From assembly GCA_903877885.1 (NCBI GenBank), contig CAIRFN010000006.1, positions 86,054 to 150,053 on the forward strand: a stretch of 64,000 bases of DNA, in the 5' to 3' direction. The translations under genes and the position numbers were made by a program. Within the stretch, counting starts at the first letter, position 1. Each line of letters starts with the position of its first letter. The notes under the pieces were generated by a model. It was not told the origin of the DNA and did not search any database. It worked only from the letters and a program-made list of their open reading frames with translations. This DNA comes from an uncultured Candidatus Berkelbacteria bacterium (GTDB lineage: Bacteria; Patescibacteriota; UBA1384; UBA12157). Below are positions 10,099 through 20,982 of the stretch, in pieces.

Positions 10099-10646
10099 AA
10101 CCAATTACAACTTTTACAACTAAATCCGGCAGAGAGGTTCAAATTATTGAACCGACGACGGAATGGCTGGATGAAATTACTCGCTGGACTAATATTATTG
10201 CCAAGGAAGATACATTTTTAACTTTTGATCCGGGTAAAGTCATTATCAAAGAAGATGAAGAAAAGTGGCTAAAGCACCAAATTGTTTGCAAAGAAAAAGG
10301 TACAGGCCTATTATTTTGGGCAATTTACAATAATCAGATTATCGGTTCAGTCGATATTCATCGCGGTTCTTCGATTCGCGATTATCATATTGGCACGGTT
10401 GGTTTGATTGTGGATCAAAATTTTCGCAACGATGGTTTAGGAAAGTTTTTGTTAAATTTGATTTTAGAAAAAGCCACAGAATTAGGAATTCGCACTGCTA
10501 TTTTACAGGTTTTTTCTGACAATGAAACGGGTCTGGCACTTTATCAAAAGGCCGGATTTATTGAATACGGCAAATTGCCAGATGGACTCTGGCGCAAAAA
10601 TCATTTTTCTGACGATATTTTTATGTATAAACATTTGTTAAAATGA
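10095..10646 (+). CDS. GNAT family N-acetyltransferase
   Basis: VDQNFRNDGLGKFLL and N..GLALYQKAGF motifs. Confidence 0.92.
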   Translation: MKPITTFTTKSGREVQIIEPTTEWLDEITRWTNIIAKEDTFLTFDPGKVIIKEDEEKWLKHQIVCKEKGTGLLFWAIYNNQIIGSVDIHRGSSIRDYHIGTVGLIVDQNFRNDGLGKFLLNLILEKATELGIRTAILQVFSDNETGLALYQKAGFIEYGKLPDGLWRKNHFSDDIFMYKHLLK

Positions 10647-10653
10647 GGGGCAA

Positions 10654-12366
10654 ATGACAAATAAAGAAATTGCGCATACTTTAAATCAAATTGCTAAAAT
10701 TTTGGAAATTACTGATGTACTAAAGAATCGTTTTCGGGTAATTGCCTATCAACGCGCGGCGGAAAATATTGGTAATATGACCGAAGATTTGTCGACGCTT
10801 TATCATGAAAAAGGTCGCGAAGCGCTCGATGATTTGCCTGGTGTCGGCGAATCAATCGCTCAAAAAATCGAAGAGCTCTTAAACACCAAAAAGCTTAAAT
10901 ATTTGCAAGAACTCAAAAAGGAAATTCCGGTTGCTGAAGCCAATTTCTTAGATATTCCCGGCGTTGGTCCTAAAATGGCAGTTAAAATTGCTAAAGTTTT
11001 TAAAGCCAAAGACATTGACGATCTTAAAAAACGCTTAGAAGCGGGCGATGGTCAAGATATTTTTCAAGACAAAACACGCCGCAATTTGTTGCGCGGCATT
11101 GAAGTGATGGCCAAATTAACCGGTCGACTTTTGACTACCGAGGCCTTACCGATTGCCGAAGAAGTGACCAAGCGAGTCAGGAATATGAAAGAAACAATTC
11201 AAGCCGATTTTGTCGGAAGTTTGCGTCGATCAAAAGAAACGATTGGCGATCTTGATATTGTGGCTACAAGCAAGGAACCTAAAAAAATCATTGATAAATT
11301 TGTCAGACTTCCTTTTGTCGATCATATTATTACTCAAGGTCAAACCAAATCAACGATTATTCATTGGCAAGGTGTGCAAATCGATTTGGAAATCGTGCCC
11401 GAAGACGAATATGGTTCGCTTTTACAACATTTTACTGGTAGTAAAGAACATAATGTTGCTTTGCGAACTTTTGCTCAAACTCAAAATAAATCTGTTTCCG
11501 AGCATGGCATCAAAAGCAAAAACAAATTGCATAAATTTAAAACTGAAAAAGGTGTCTATAATTTTTTGGGACTTGATTATATTGAACCGGAATTGCGTGA
11601 AAATCGCGGTGAAATTGAAGCGGCTAAAAATCATACTTTGCCAAAACTAATCACCCTTTCCGATATCAAAGGCGACTTGCATGTTCATTCCGATTGGTCT
11701 GATGGCTTGATGTCCATCGAGGAAATTGCCACTCATACCGAAAAGATGGGTTATGAATATGTGGCCATTTCCGACCATACGGTTGGTTTGGGAATTGCCA
11801 ATGGTCTGGACGAGCAGGATTTAGTGGATCGCCAAAAGGAAATTGATAAGGTTCAAAAAAATCATAAGATTAAATTATTGTCGGCCGTGGAAGTGAATAT
11901 TAAAGCTAATGGTCAACTAGATATTAAAGACGAGATGCTCTCCAAACTGGATTTAGTTGTGGCTTCGGTTCACGCCAGTTTTCATCAAGAAAAAGAGGTG
12001 ATGACCGCCAGAATTTTGAGCGCGATTAACAATCCTAATGTGGATATTATTGGTCATCCGTCAGGTCGAATCATTGGTCAACGCGAAAGCTATGAAGTCG
12101 ATTGGCCACAAATTTTCGAAGCCTGCGCTAAAACCAAAACTGCTTTGGAAATTTCCGCCTTTCCTAATCGCCTTGACTTGATGGATTATTTGGTTCAAAC
12201 CGCAAAAAAAGCTGGGGTCAAATTTGCTATTTCAACAGATGCCCACCACACCAACCATTTTGATCTAATGCGTTATGGCATTGCCGTCGCCCGCCGCGGT
12301 TGGTTAGAAAAAGACGATGTGATAAATACCGGGTCTTTATCTGATCTAATCAATAAAAAATATTAA
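10654..12366 (+). CDS. polX: DNA polymerase X with a PHP (3'-5' exonuclease) domain
   Basis: HhH repeats LPGVGESIA, GSLRR..ETIGDLD, HFTGSKEHN, and PHP motifs DLHVHSDWSDG and STDAH. Confidence 0.96.
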   Translation: MTNKEIAHTLNQIAKILEITDVLKNRFRVIAYQRAAENIGNMTEDLSTLYHEKGREALDDLPGVGESIAQKIEELLNTKKLKYLQELKKEIPVAEANFLDIPGVGPKMAVKIAKVFKAKDIDDLKKRLEAGDGQDIFQDKTRRNLLRGIEVMAKLTGRLLTTEALPIAEEVTKRVRNMKETIQADFVGSLRRSKETIGDLDIVATSKEPKKIIDKFVRLPFVDHIITQGQTKSTIIHWQGVQIDLEIVPEDEYGSLLQHFTGSKEHNVALRTFAQTQNKSVSEHGIKSKNKLHKFKTEKGVYNFLGLDYIEPELRENRGEIEAAKNHTLPKLITLSDIKGDLHVHSDWSDGLMSIEEIATHTEKMGYEYVAISDHTVGLGIANGLDEQDLVDRQKEIDKVQKNHKIKLLSAVEVNIKANGQLDIKDEMLSKLDLVVASVHASFHQEKEVMTARILSAINNPNVDIIGHPSGRIIGQRESYEVDWPQIFEACAKTKTALEISAFPNRLDLMDYLVQTAKKAGVKFAISTDAHHTNHFDLMRYGIAVARRGWLEKDDVINTGSLSDLINKKY

Positions 12367-12438
12367 ACTTGAATTCCATTCCTAATTCGGTTACGATAGA
12401 GACTGGAAGTTACTTTAAAGCTCTCTAAAGGAGATGGG

Positions 12439-13116
12439 TTGATTGAAGTTATTGGATTAAGTAAACAATATGGGAATATTTTGGCGGTCGACAATATCAA
12501 TGCCAAAATTGAACGCGGCGAATTCGTGTTTTTAGTTGGGCCTTCCGGCGCTGGCAAATCTACTTTGATTAAATTGCTGGTTTGCGAAGAACGACCGACT
12601 TCAGGCAAAATTATTGTGGCCGAACGAAATATCGCCAAACTTTTGCCTTCCGAACTACCATATTACCGCCGCAAAGTCGGCGTTGTTTTTCAGGATTTTA
12701 AACTTTTACCGCAAAAAACCGTTTATGAAAATGTCGCTTTCGCTTTGGAAGTATGTGACGCCACTCGCGCTGAAATCGAAGATAAAGTCCCCAAAATTTT
12801 AGATTTAGTCGGAATGCTTAAACGCCGAAATAACTTACCAAGCGAACTTTCCGGCGGCGAACGCCAACGCGTTAGTATCGCCCGGGCCATGATTCATAAT
12901 CCGAAAATTCTAATTGCTGATGAACCGACTGGTAATCTCGATCCAGTTAATGCTTGGGAAATCGTCGATTTACTGGAACGCGTTAATAATTTAGGTACAA
13001 CCATTATTTTTGCCACCCATAATAAAAGTATTGTCGATCGCTTAAAGCGCCGCGTGATTTTAATGAAAGGCGGCAAAATTGTGTCCGACCGAATTAAGGG
13101 AGGCTACGCCATATGA
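12439..13116 (+). CDS. ftsE: Cell division ATP-binding protein FtsE
   Basis: GPSGAGKSTL, GVVFQDFKLL, LSGGERQR and ADEPTGNLD. Directly upstream of ftsX. Confidence 0.95.
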   Translation: MIEVIGLSKQYGNILAVDNINAKIERGEFVFLVGPSGAGKSTLIKLLVCEERPTSGKIIVAERNIAKLLPSELPYYRRKVGVVFQDFKLLPQKTVYENVAFALEVCDATRAEIEDKVPKILDLVGMLKRRNNLPSELSGGERQRVSIARAMIHNPKILIADEPTGNLDPVNAWEIVDLLERVNNLGTTIIFATHNKSIVDRLKRRVILMKGGKIVSDRIKGGYAI

Positions 13117-14027
13117 GAGCAGAATCATCGCGAAGAATTATTAAATTGGGGCTCACTAATTTCTGGCGTAACCGTTGGTTAAGCTTTACCGCCACTTTGA
13201 TTATGACTTTGACTTTGTTGATTGTCAGTTTTTTTGCGATTTCTAATTTAGCAATTAGTCGGGAAACTAAAACCATTCGCGAAAAAATGGATGTCAGTGT
13301 TTATTTTAATGATTCGGCCTCAACGACTCAAATTACGGACATGCAAAAACAATTGGCCAGTAGAACCGATATCCGTCAGATTGCCTATGTTTCTAAAGAA
13401 GAGGCTTTAGTTGCCTGTAAAAAAGACATTGTTTGCAATCGAACAATCACGGCCAATAACTCGACCGAAAATCCGTTACCACGAAGTTTACAAATTAAAC
13501 CCGATCAGGCTGAAAGTCTGCCTCAAATCGCCGATTTCTTAAAGCAAGAGCAGTTCAAATCAATTGTTCAAAAAATCAGTTATCAGGACAATAGCCAAAT
13601 TGTTGATCGATTAGTTGGTATTACTTCGTTTACGCGCGAATTTGGTTGGTTGGTTTGTCTGGTTTTTATTTTTATTTCCATTTTGGTAGTTATTAATACG
13701 ATTCGTTTAACGATGTTTACCAGACGTGACGAGATTGAAATTATGCGACTGGTTGGCGCCAATGACGCGTTTATCAAAATTCCTTTTTTGATTGAAGGTT
13801 TGATTTATGGTATTTTGGCGACAATTCTCGCCGTTGGCTTGGTTTGGGCAGGAGTAGCTTTAATTTTACCTCGGGTTAGTCACTATCTTGGTGCAACTAG
13901 CAGTATTGCGTTGATGACTTTTTTCTATAATAATTTTTGGTTAATGTTTGGCTTAGAATTAATTGTTGGCGTGGCTATTGGCATTTGTTGTAGCTTGATT
14001 ATTATTCGCAAACATTTGAAATTTTAA
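13113..14027 (+). CDS. ftsX: Cell division permease FtsX
   Basis: NPLP and NTIRL..RRDEIEIMRLVGA..FIKIPFLIEG motifs. Confidence 0.95.
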   Translation: MRAESSRRIIKLGLTNFWRNRWLSFTATLIMTLTLLIVSFFAISNLAISRETKTIREKMDVSVYFNDSASTTQITDMQKQLASRTDIRQIAYVSKEEALVACKKDIVCNRTITANNSTENPLPRSLQIKPDQAESLPQIADFLKQEQFKSIVQKISYQDNSQIVDRLVGITSFTREFGWLVCLVFIFISILVVINTIRLTMFTRRDEIEIMRLVGANDAFIKIPFLIEGLIYGILATILAVGLVWAGVALILPRVSHYLGATSSIALMTFFYNNFWLMFGLELIVGVAIGICCSLIIIRKHLKF

Positions 14028-15224
14028 ATGAAAACAAGGTTATATCAACTTATTTTGGTTTTACTAATGCTGGCTGTTGCCGGTGTTAGTTTTCCTTATA
14101 GTGCTAAAGCTAATGCCATTGATGATAAGAAAAAGCAGATCGCCGATTTACAACAGCAAATTCAATCAACCCAAGCCACCTTATCACAAAAATCAGAACA
14201 GGTTCAATCGCTTCAGGGCCAAATTGAGACTATGAATACGCAAATTCATCAGACCGAATTACAGATTTCGCAAACTCAAGATCAAACCGATCAAACCCAA
14301 TTAGAAATAAATGATCTAACGACGCAAATTTCTGCTCAAGAAGCAGATTTGGTGACTAAAAAAGCCGATTTAGCCGAAATCGCCCGTCAGGTTTATGAAG
14401 CTGGCACACCTTCAACTTTGGAAATTATTGTTGGTTCAAATTCGCTCTCGGAAATTATGGATAAAACTCAATATATGGATTCGATTAATCAACAAGTTCA
14501 AGATAAAATTGCCGAAATTAATCAGATTAAAACCGATTTAGAAACAAAAAAAGCTGATCAAGAACAGAAAAAGCAAGATTTAGGCCAACTTCTATCGCAA
14601 CAAAAAGAGTTTCAATCCGGTCTTGATTCGCAAAAAGCCAATAAAGCTGATCTTTTAACTCAAACTAAAGGTCAACAAGCAGAATATCAAAAAATTCTGG
14701 CTCAAAAACAAGCCGAATGGGATCAATCCAATGCTGAACTACGTCAAATGGAAGGTGGCACGATTGGTGTGGCCGGTGCCTACAAATTACTTTTTTGGCC
14801 AATGCTTGGTCGACTTGGTGTGCCATTTGGCGCTTGCGGCTGTCAAGCTTATTTTTGTGGCAAGTGTCATACCGGAGTGGATATTATCGCTCCCTATGCT
14901 ACGCCAATTAAAGCGGCTAAAGACGGTATTGTGGTTGATGTAGTCAATGGTTGTCGCGATCATATTGGCCTAAATGTACCTTATAGTATGATTATTTGTG
15001 GCGGTGGTTATGGTAATCATGTTAAAATAAAATCGAGCGATGGCTATAGCGAAATTTATGGTCATATGACGCCAGGTTCACTTAAGGTTTCTGTCGGTCA
15101 ATCGGTTAAAGGCGGAAAAACTGTTTTGGGTAACGAAGGTTCTTCTGGTTATTCGACCGGTTATCATTTGCATTTTGAAATTCGTAGTCCGGCCAATGTG
15201 CCAGTCGGCCCATCATTACCGTGA
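14028..15224 (+). CDS. Coiled-coil plus M23 peptidase (EnvC-like peptidoglycan hydrolase)
   Basis: Signal peptide, long coiled coil, HTGVD, YGH and STGYHLHFE. Confidence 0.9.
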   Translation: MKTRLYQLILVLLMLAVAGVSFPYSAKANAIDDKKKQIADLQQQIQSTQATLSQKSEQVQSLQGQIETMNTQIHQTELQISQTQDQTDQTQLEINDLTTQISAQEADLVTKKADLAEIARQVYEAGTPSTLEIIVGSNSLSEIMDKTQYMDSINQQVQDKIAEINQIKTDLETKKADQEQKKQDLGQLLSQQKEFQSGLDSQKANKADLLTQTKGQQAEYQKILAQKQAEWDQSNAELRQMEGGTIGVAGAYKLLFWPMLGRLGVPFGACGCQAYFCGKCHTGVDIIAPYATPIKAAKDGIVVDVVNGCRDHIGLNVPYSMIICGGGYGNHVKIKSSDGYSEIYGHMTPGSLKVSVGQSVKGGKTVLGNEGSSGYSTGYHLHFEIRSPANVPVGPSLP

Positions 15225-15237
15225 GAAAGAGGTAAAA

Positions 15238-15456
15238 ATGTCTATTCTACTTATAATCTATTTTATTTTTCTGTTCTGCTACATTATTTTTAATGTTTAT
15301 GCGATTCTAAGAGTTCGGTCAATGCGACTTGAGGGCGATAAAACTAATACTTTTCTAGCAATTTATTCTATTGTTTTAGTAATCATTATTTTAATTTCTT
15401 TGATCACTATTTTAGGTTTAAATTGGTCGACAAATTTAAATTTACCGATTAATTAG
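15238..15456 (+). CDS. Small two-TM membrane protein
   Basis: ATG at 15238 after GAGG; two hydrophobic segments. Confidence 0.65.
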   Translation: MSILLIIYFIFLFCYIIFNVYAILRVRSMRLEGDKTNTFLAIYSIVLVIIILISLITILGLNWSTNLNLPIN

Positions 15457-15467
15457 AAAGTTTTTTT

Positions 15468-16292
15468 ATGGCTTTTATTAAAAATCCTATTCCAGGACAT
15501 GAAAATGATCAAATTATAATTTTTGCTCGCCGGCATTTTGCCTCGATGATTGGTACGGTATTTATAATTTTGATTATGATTATTATTCCAATTTTTTTAA
15601 TGAATGGTATAAAAGTTGCTAGTCCAAAAATTCTTTCCACAATTGCAGCCAATTTTATTTTTGTGATTGGTTCAATTTACTATTTAGTTTTAGCTGCTTT
15701 TGTTTTTATGCAGTGGGTTAGTTATTATTACGATATTTTAATTGTGACCGATAAAGAAGTTTTGGATATTAAACAAATTGGACTTTTTGACCGTCAAATC
15801 ACGGAAATTTCCTTACTTCGAATTCAAGATGTTTCTGCTCAAGTCAACGGTTTTTGGCCAACTTTGTTTAATTACGGCGATGTCGTTGCTGAAAGCGCTG
15901 GGGAAAATAGTCGGACTTACGTGATTGAAAATATCGGTAATCCGATTAAAATTGCTAATCAGATTTTACAATTGCATACCGAACATATTGATAAAGAGGA
16001 TCGCGCGGCCGAAATAATTGTGGCTGAAGGTGATTTACGTGGTGGCTATCGAAGTACTCCATCTTGTCCGCCTTGCGAACCTTGCCAACCAGCTACATCA
16101 TCAAGTTCGTTTGCATCTTCCGAGCCATTGACCGAGATTCAACCAAATGTGACTGTTAAAACTCCATTTGGATCATCGTCGCAATCGCCAGTAGAAAATC
16201 AATCACAACCAACATATCAAACTGAAGATCAAGCCGAACAAGGTGATATTTCTAAAGATGATTTAGACAAAGGCGGCGAGGTCAAACTTTAG
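15468..16292 (+). CDS. Membrane protein with a bacterial PH domain
   Basis: Two TM helices, then IVTDK..QIGLFDR..ISLLRIQDV..LFNYGDV. Confidence 0.8.
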   Translation: MAFIKNPIPGHENDQIIIFARRHFASMIGTVFIILIMIIIPIFLMNGIKVASPKILSTIAANFIFVIGSIYYLVLAAFVFMQWVSYYYDILIVTDKEVLDIKQIGLFDRQITEISLLRIQDVSAQVNGFWPTLFNYGDVVAESAGENSRTYVIENIGNPIKIANQILQLHTEHIDKEDRAAEIIVAEGDLRGGYRSTPSCPPCEPCQPATSSSSFASSEPLTEIQPNVTVKTPFGSSSQSPVENQSQPTYQTEDQAEQGDISKDDLDKGGEVKL

Positions 16293-16302
16293 GACTTAAA
16301 AG

Positions 16303-18147
16303 ATGTCGGATTCGTTCAAGCGTCTTTTGATTTTTATTTTATTTTTTAGTTTCGTTCTCTTTTTTGGCTTACAAAAAGTTCAGGCCTCTGATTCTGATAT
16401 TGTGATTAATGAAGTAATGGTGCATCCATCATCTCCTCAAGATAAAAATGAATGGATCGAGCTTTACAATAACAGTTCTAAAGATATTGATATCAATGGT
16501 TGGACACTTAAATGCGGCAGCTCTTCAGAAAAAACAATAATCGATACAGAAACAATTATTGCTGGTCACGACTATTTAATTTTAGCTCGTGATAAAACAA
16601 TTTTTCATGGTTTTCCAGTAATCCAAGTTGATATGGGACGAGGCTTAACTGATGGAGGAAGTAGTGTAATACTTGCTAATAATGATGGGAATAGTAGTGT
16701 TTTTACTTGGTCCAAGGATAGCAAAATCGATTATTCATGGGAGAGAATATCGCCTGAAGAATCAGATATACAAGAAAGTTATATTAGCGATGGTACACCG
16801 GGAGAGGAAAATTCTAGTAAAAAAGATATTCCAGCGCCGCTGGCTGCGACAGATTTAAAAACTGATATTACTGGTCCAAATTCGGTTGATTTTTCTTGGG
16901 AAAATACTGACAAGCAAAAATTAAGTTTTACTTTATTATTGTGGCAAAACGAGGATAAATCTGATCAACAAGAAATCGATTGTTCAACCACTAAAAGTTA
17001 TTCAGCTAAAAATCTGGAATATGGAGATTATCATTGGCAAATAACATCAGCGAATGAAAATGAAGATACTACTTCCGACATTCAAACTTTTACTTTAGAA
17101 AAACCAGATTATTCTAAAAACATTATTATCAATGAAATTTCACCACATCCAGGAACTGGAACAGATGACGAATTTATCGAACTAACAAATACTGGCGATG
17201 ATGAAGTTGATTTAACTGGCTGGTTTTTAGACGATGCTGAAGGTGGTAGCACTCCTTATGAAATTCCATCTGGAAATAAAATTGGTCCAGATGAATTTTT
17301 GGTTTTTTATAAAATCGATACAAAATTATCTTTGAATGACGCGGGCGATTCGGCGCGATTGCTTTTTCCCGACGAAACCGTGGCGTCAAGTCAAAGCTAT
17401 ACTGACGCGCCAACCGATCAATCTTGGGCGAGAGATGTAAAAAACGTGTGGAGTTGGACGGAAAAAATAACACCAAAGGCCACCAATATTATTTATTTAA
17501 CACCAAAACCAGTAGCTGTAACTACCGAAGAAGATGTGGTAGTTATTAATAAAACGCCAATTAAAATCAAAACTGGAAAAACAAAAAATTATAAAAATAA
17601 ATTAGTCGAAGTCGAAGCTACAGTGGTGGAAACTTCTGGCCGAACTTTTTATCTTGACGATGGTTCTGGTAAAGCTAAAATTTACATTCAGACGCAAACG
17701 AAAATTCAAAAACCACCAATGCATAAAGGTGATATTTTTGGGCTAATTGGCGTGGTTAATTTATATCGCGAAACATGGCGAATTTTGCCGCGCGATCAAG
17801 AAGATATTTGGTTAATTGAATCAGCTACCAAAAAATCAGTGGCATTAGCTAAAACAACGCCAAAAAAAATTGCATCGACTTCCAACGAAGAATCGACTGA
17901 TGTTTCAGCGAAAACTAACCAAGCCCGGGCGCCAAATTTATTAAATCCAATTGGCGAGGTTAAAGCGGCGGAAGCGGCAAATATAATATCAACCGAAAAT
18001 AATGCGACTAATACTCCGTGGTGGCTCAATTTAATCGAGACCTTGATTGGACTTGCGATTATTTTTATGGTAATATTAGTTATTAAAATAAAACAACGAC
18101 CACATTTTAAAGTGATCGGAGGAAATTTTGGTAACGACGACACATGA
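16303..18147 (+). CDS. Surface protein with two lamin-tail domains, an OB-fold-like region and a C-terminal TM anchor
   Basis: IVINEV..EWIELYN..IDINGWTL and IIINEI..EFIELTN..VDLTGWFL repeats; FYLDDGSG. Confidence 0.85.
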   Translation: MSDSFKRLLIFILFFSFVLFFGLQKVQASDSDIVINEVMVHPSSPQDKNEWIELYNNSSKDIDINGWTLKCGSSSEKTIIDTETIIAGHDYLILARDKTIFHGFPVIQVDMGRGLTDGGSSVILANNDGNSSVFTWSKDSKIDYSWERISPEESDIQESYISDGTPGEENSSKKDIPAPLAATDLKTDITGPNSVDFSWENTDKQKLSFTLLLWQNEDKSDQQEIDCSTTKSYSAKNLEYGDYHWQITSANENEDTTSDIQTFTLEKPDYSKNIIINEISPHPGTGTDDEFIELTNTGDDEVDLTGWFLDDAEGGSTPYEIPSGNKIGPDEFLVFYKIDTKLSLNDAGDSARLLFPDETVASSQSYTDAPTDQSWARDVKNVWSWTEKITPKATNIIYLTPKPVAVTTEEDVVVINKTPIKIKTGKTKNYKNKLVEVEATVVETSGRTFYLDDGSGKAKIYIQTQTKIQKPPMHKGDIFGLIGVVNLYRETWRILPRDQEDIWLIESATKKSVALAKTTPKKIASTSNEESTDVSAKTNQARAPNLLNPIGEVKAAEAANIISTENNATNTPWWLNLIETLIGLAIIFMVILVIKIKQRPHFKVIGGNFGNDDT

Positions 18148-18562
18148 CCAAATGGAAACAATTGAATTGGCCCAAAAGCTGGCTAAAAAACTGGTTGGTG
18201 GGAAAGTTTTGGCTCTTCATGGCGATTTAGGTGGTGGCAAAACCACTTTCACCAAAGGCTTAGCCGAAGCTTTAAAAGTTGAAGAAATAATTACTTCGCC
18301 AACTTTTGTCATGCTTAAAAATTATCCAGCCAAATTATCTGATGGTAAAAAAATCGAGTTAGTTCATATTGACGCTTATCGGGCGGAAACTATTGACGAT
18401 ATTAAATCAGTCGGCATTGAAGACTTTTTAAACCGTGATGATGTGGTAATGGTGGTCGAGTGGGCGGAAAAAATCAGCGAAATATTACCTAAAAATATGA
18501 TTAATATTAATTTTAAATTTATTGACGAGAACACTCGCGCCATTGAAATTGAGGATAAATGA
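18128..18562 (+). CDS. tsaE: tRNA t6A biosynthesis ATPase TsaE
   Basis: GDLGGGKTTF, TSPTF, HIDAYR and VEW motifs. Confidence 0.96.
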   Translation: MVTTTHDQMETIELAQKLAKKLVGGKVLALHGDLGGGKTTFTKGLAEALKVEEIITSPTFVMLKNYPAKLSDGKKIELVHIDAYRAETIDDIKSVGIEDFLNRDDVVMVVEWAEKISEILPKNMININFKFIDENTRAIEIEDK

Positions 18563-18927
18563 TTCTAATAATTAGCACACTGAATCGATACGATTTTTCA
18601 CTTGGCTTATTTGACGACCAATTAATTATGGAAACGTTTGATACTCAAGATCAATCCCAAGATTTATTACCGCAAATCGATTTATTTTTGAAAAATAACA
18701 AAATTACTTTACAAGATCTGACCGCCATTTTTGTTGATTTGGGACCCGGTTCATACACCGGGATTCGCGTTGGCGTCACCATTGCTAATACTTTAGCTTG
18801 GTCTTTAAATATTCCAGTATATGGCTTTAAAACCGAAGAACTAAAAAAATCTTTGGTAGAAACAAAAATCTCTGACAATTTTACCCATCCGGTCTTGCCT
18901 TTGTATCAAGATAAAAAAATGATATAA
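18559..18927 (+). CDS. tsaB: tRNA t6A biosynthesis protein TsaB (short form)
   Basis: GPGSYTGIRVG motif. Confidence 0.92.
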   Translation: MILIISTLNRYDFSLGLFDDQLIMETFDTQDQSQDLLPQIDLFLKNNKITLQDLTAIFVDLGPGSYTGIRVGVTIANTLAWSLNIPVYGFKTEELKKSLVETKISDNFTHPVLPLYQDKKMI

Positions 18928-18967
18928 TAATTGAAGATTAAGGGGATGTTTTTAATTTAAGGAAAAA

Positions 18968-20368
18968 ATGTCATATCGAAGAAAAACGGTTGTTGGTTTT
19001 ACTCGATCGAACGCCACTACTGTTCGTTGGCTCTTTTTTGCGGCTGTGGTATTGGTGATTTGTGTTGGCGCTTGGCTAGGCAGCTTATTTTTTAATTCGA
19101 TTGGTAAAGCCACGGCTGATTCGGGTAAAAATTCTTTACTTTCGATCTTTTCAAGTAAAATTCAAGGCGAAGCTGAAGGCCGCACCAATATTTTGATTTT
19201 AGGTCAAGGTGGCGACAATCATCCTGGCGGCAACTTAACCGATACTATTGAAGTAATGTCGATCGATTGGACTGATAAAAAAGTAGCAATGATTTCACTC
19301 CCGCGGGATTTATGGGTTCAAATTCCTGGCGGTGGTTATACTAAAATTAATGGCATTGAGTATTACGGTGGTCTTAATTCTAAAAAAACTGGTCTTAGTG
19401 GTGGAAAAGCAATTTCGCAAACCGTTAGTCAAGTTTTAGGTATTCCGATTCAATACTATGTCGAGATTGATTTTACTGGTTTTAAAGAAATTGTGGATAA
19501 ACTTGGTGGCGTGGACATTTATGTGGACAAAGCAATTTCCGATCCGTTTTATCCAGCCGCGGATATGATTCATTACGATCCTTTTTATATCACTGTTGGT
19601 TGGCATCATATGGACGGCGCTTTGGCATTAAAATACTCGCGATCGCGCGAAACTACTTCTGATTTTGACCGCGCTCGCCGCCAACAACAGGTTATTGCTG
19701 CGATTAAAACAAAACTAGCTTCAGCTCAAACATTAGCCAATCCTTTAAAAATCACCGATCTTTTAGGAATTGTTGGTAATCGTATTAAAACCGATTTTTC
19801 AGCCGGTGAAATCAAATCTTTATGGGATAAAATCCAGGGGATCGATCAGGCTAATGCGATTAGTTATGTTTTTGATACTAATCCTCAAGGACCGCTGGTG
19901 GCGACTCAAGATGAGCGCGGTTACATTATTATCCCAAGAAAAGGAATTGGTAAATATGACGATTTACAATATATTGCCAAAAACATCTTTGTTTTAACGC
20001 CAGATCAAATTAATCAAGGTTATACTTTAAGTCCAGCCGCCCAAGCGGAAATCAAACCAAAAGCCTCACCGAGTCCAAGTATCGCGGTAGTAAAACCAAA
20101 AATCGAAATTTTAAACGCCAGTAATACAAAAGATGCGGCTGTAAAACTAGCCACTACTTTAGAAACTCAAGGTTATAATATTCTTTCAAACGGCAATACT
20201 AATGATAGTTACCGCCAAACTACTGTTTTTAGTTGTGATAATTCACTGAATATTAATACACTCCAAATTGCTAAAACTTTAGCCAGTCAACTTAAGGCTG
20301 TAGCTAAATCAAAATCTAGTTGTAGCGGCTATGATATTCAAATTATTATTGGTCAAAGTGGTACTTAA
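18968..20368 (+). CDS. LCP family protein with a LytR C-terminal domain
   Basis: NILILG, TDTI, SLPRD, SDFDRARRQQQV and IEILNAS. Confidence 0.93.
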   Translation: MSYRRKTVVGFTRSNATTVRWLFFAAVVLVICVGAWLGSLFFNSIGKATADSGKNSLLSIFSSKIQGEAEGRTNILILGQGGDNHPGGNLTDTIEVMSIDWTDKKVAMISLPRDLWVQIPGGGYTKINGIEYYGGLNSKKTGLSGGKAISQTVSQVLGIPIQYYVEIDFTGFKEIVDKLGGVDIYVDKAISDPFYPAADMIHYDPFYITVGWHHMDGALALKYSRSRETTSDFDRARRQQQVIAAIKTKLASAQTLANPLKITDLLGIVGNRIKTDFSAGEIKSLWDKIQGIDQANAISYVFDTNPQGPLVATQDERGYIIIPRKGIGKYDDLQYIAKNIFVLTPDQINQGYTLSPAAQAEIKPKASPSPSIAVVKPKIEILNASNTKDAAVKLATTLETQGYNILSNGNTNDSYRQTTVFSCDNSLNINTLQIAKTLASQLKAVAKSKSSCSGYDIQIIIGQSGT

Positions 20369-20370
20369 AT

Positions 20371-20982
20371 ATGACTAAAGATCATTGGTTTTGGCAAATA
20401 AAAGTTATTTTGGGTTTATTTTTGGCTGCCGCGATTTACGGTTTCTTTTATTTTGAAACTTCAAATTTACTAAATATAATTGTTGCTATTATTGCAGTTG
20501 TAACTTACGCCTGGGCGATTTTTCAAAAAACCGAGGTGCCGGCGGCGGCCAGTAAAAGAGAAATAGCAATTCTCTTTACGCTCTATTTAGGTTTTTACAG
20601 TTTATACAATTTACTTTATGGTGTTGGCGCTCAATTAGCTTTAGTTATGCTTGCTGTCTGGCTTTTAGTCAGTGTTCTTTTTATTATTCTGCTAATTCTT
20701 GATAAAATTAATACAATTTTGGCTCATCCCCTGTTTTGGACTTTTTCCGCACTGATTGGTCTAATTATTTTGGAAATTTTCTTAAGTTTGTCTTTTTGGC
20801 CAATTGATCCAAAGATTAAAAGTCTGATTTTAGTAGTAATATTTTATTTAACTACAAACCTGATTTACTTGTATACGCACAATATGTTAAAATTTAAAAA
20901 GATTATAGGATTTTTAATTGTCAGCTTTTTGATTTTAGGTTTATTTATTTTGAGTCTGTGGCTTAGTCTCAAAGGAGGGTAA
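20371..20982 (+). CDS. Multi-pass membrane protein
   Basis: Several hydrophobic helices. Confidence 0.75.
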   Translation: MTKDHWFWQIKVILGLFLAAAIYGFFYFETSNLLNIIVAIIAVVTYAWAIFQKTEVPAAASKREIAILFTLYLGFYSLYNLLYGVGAQLALVMLAVWLLVSVLFIILLILDKINTILAHPLFWTFSALIGLIILEIFLSLSFWPIDPKIKSLILVVIFYLTTNLIYLYTHNMLKFKKIIGFLIVSFLILGLFILSLWLSLKGG

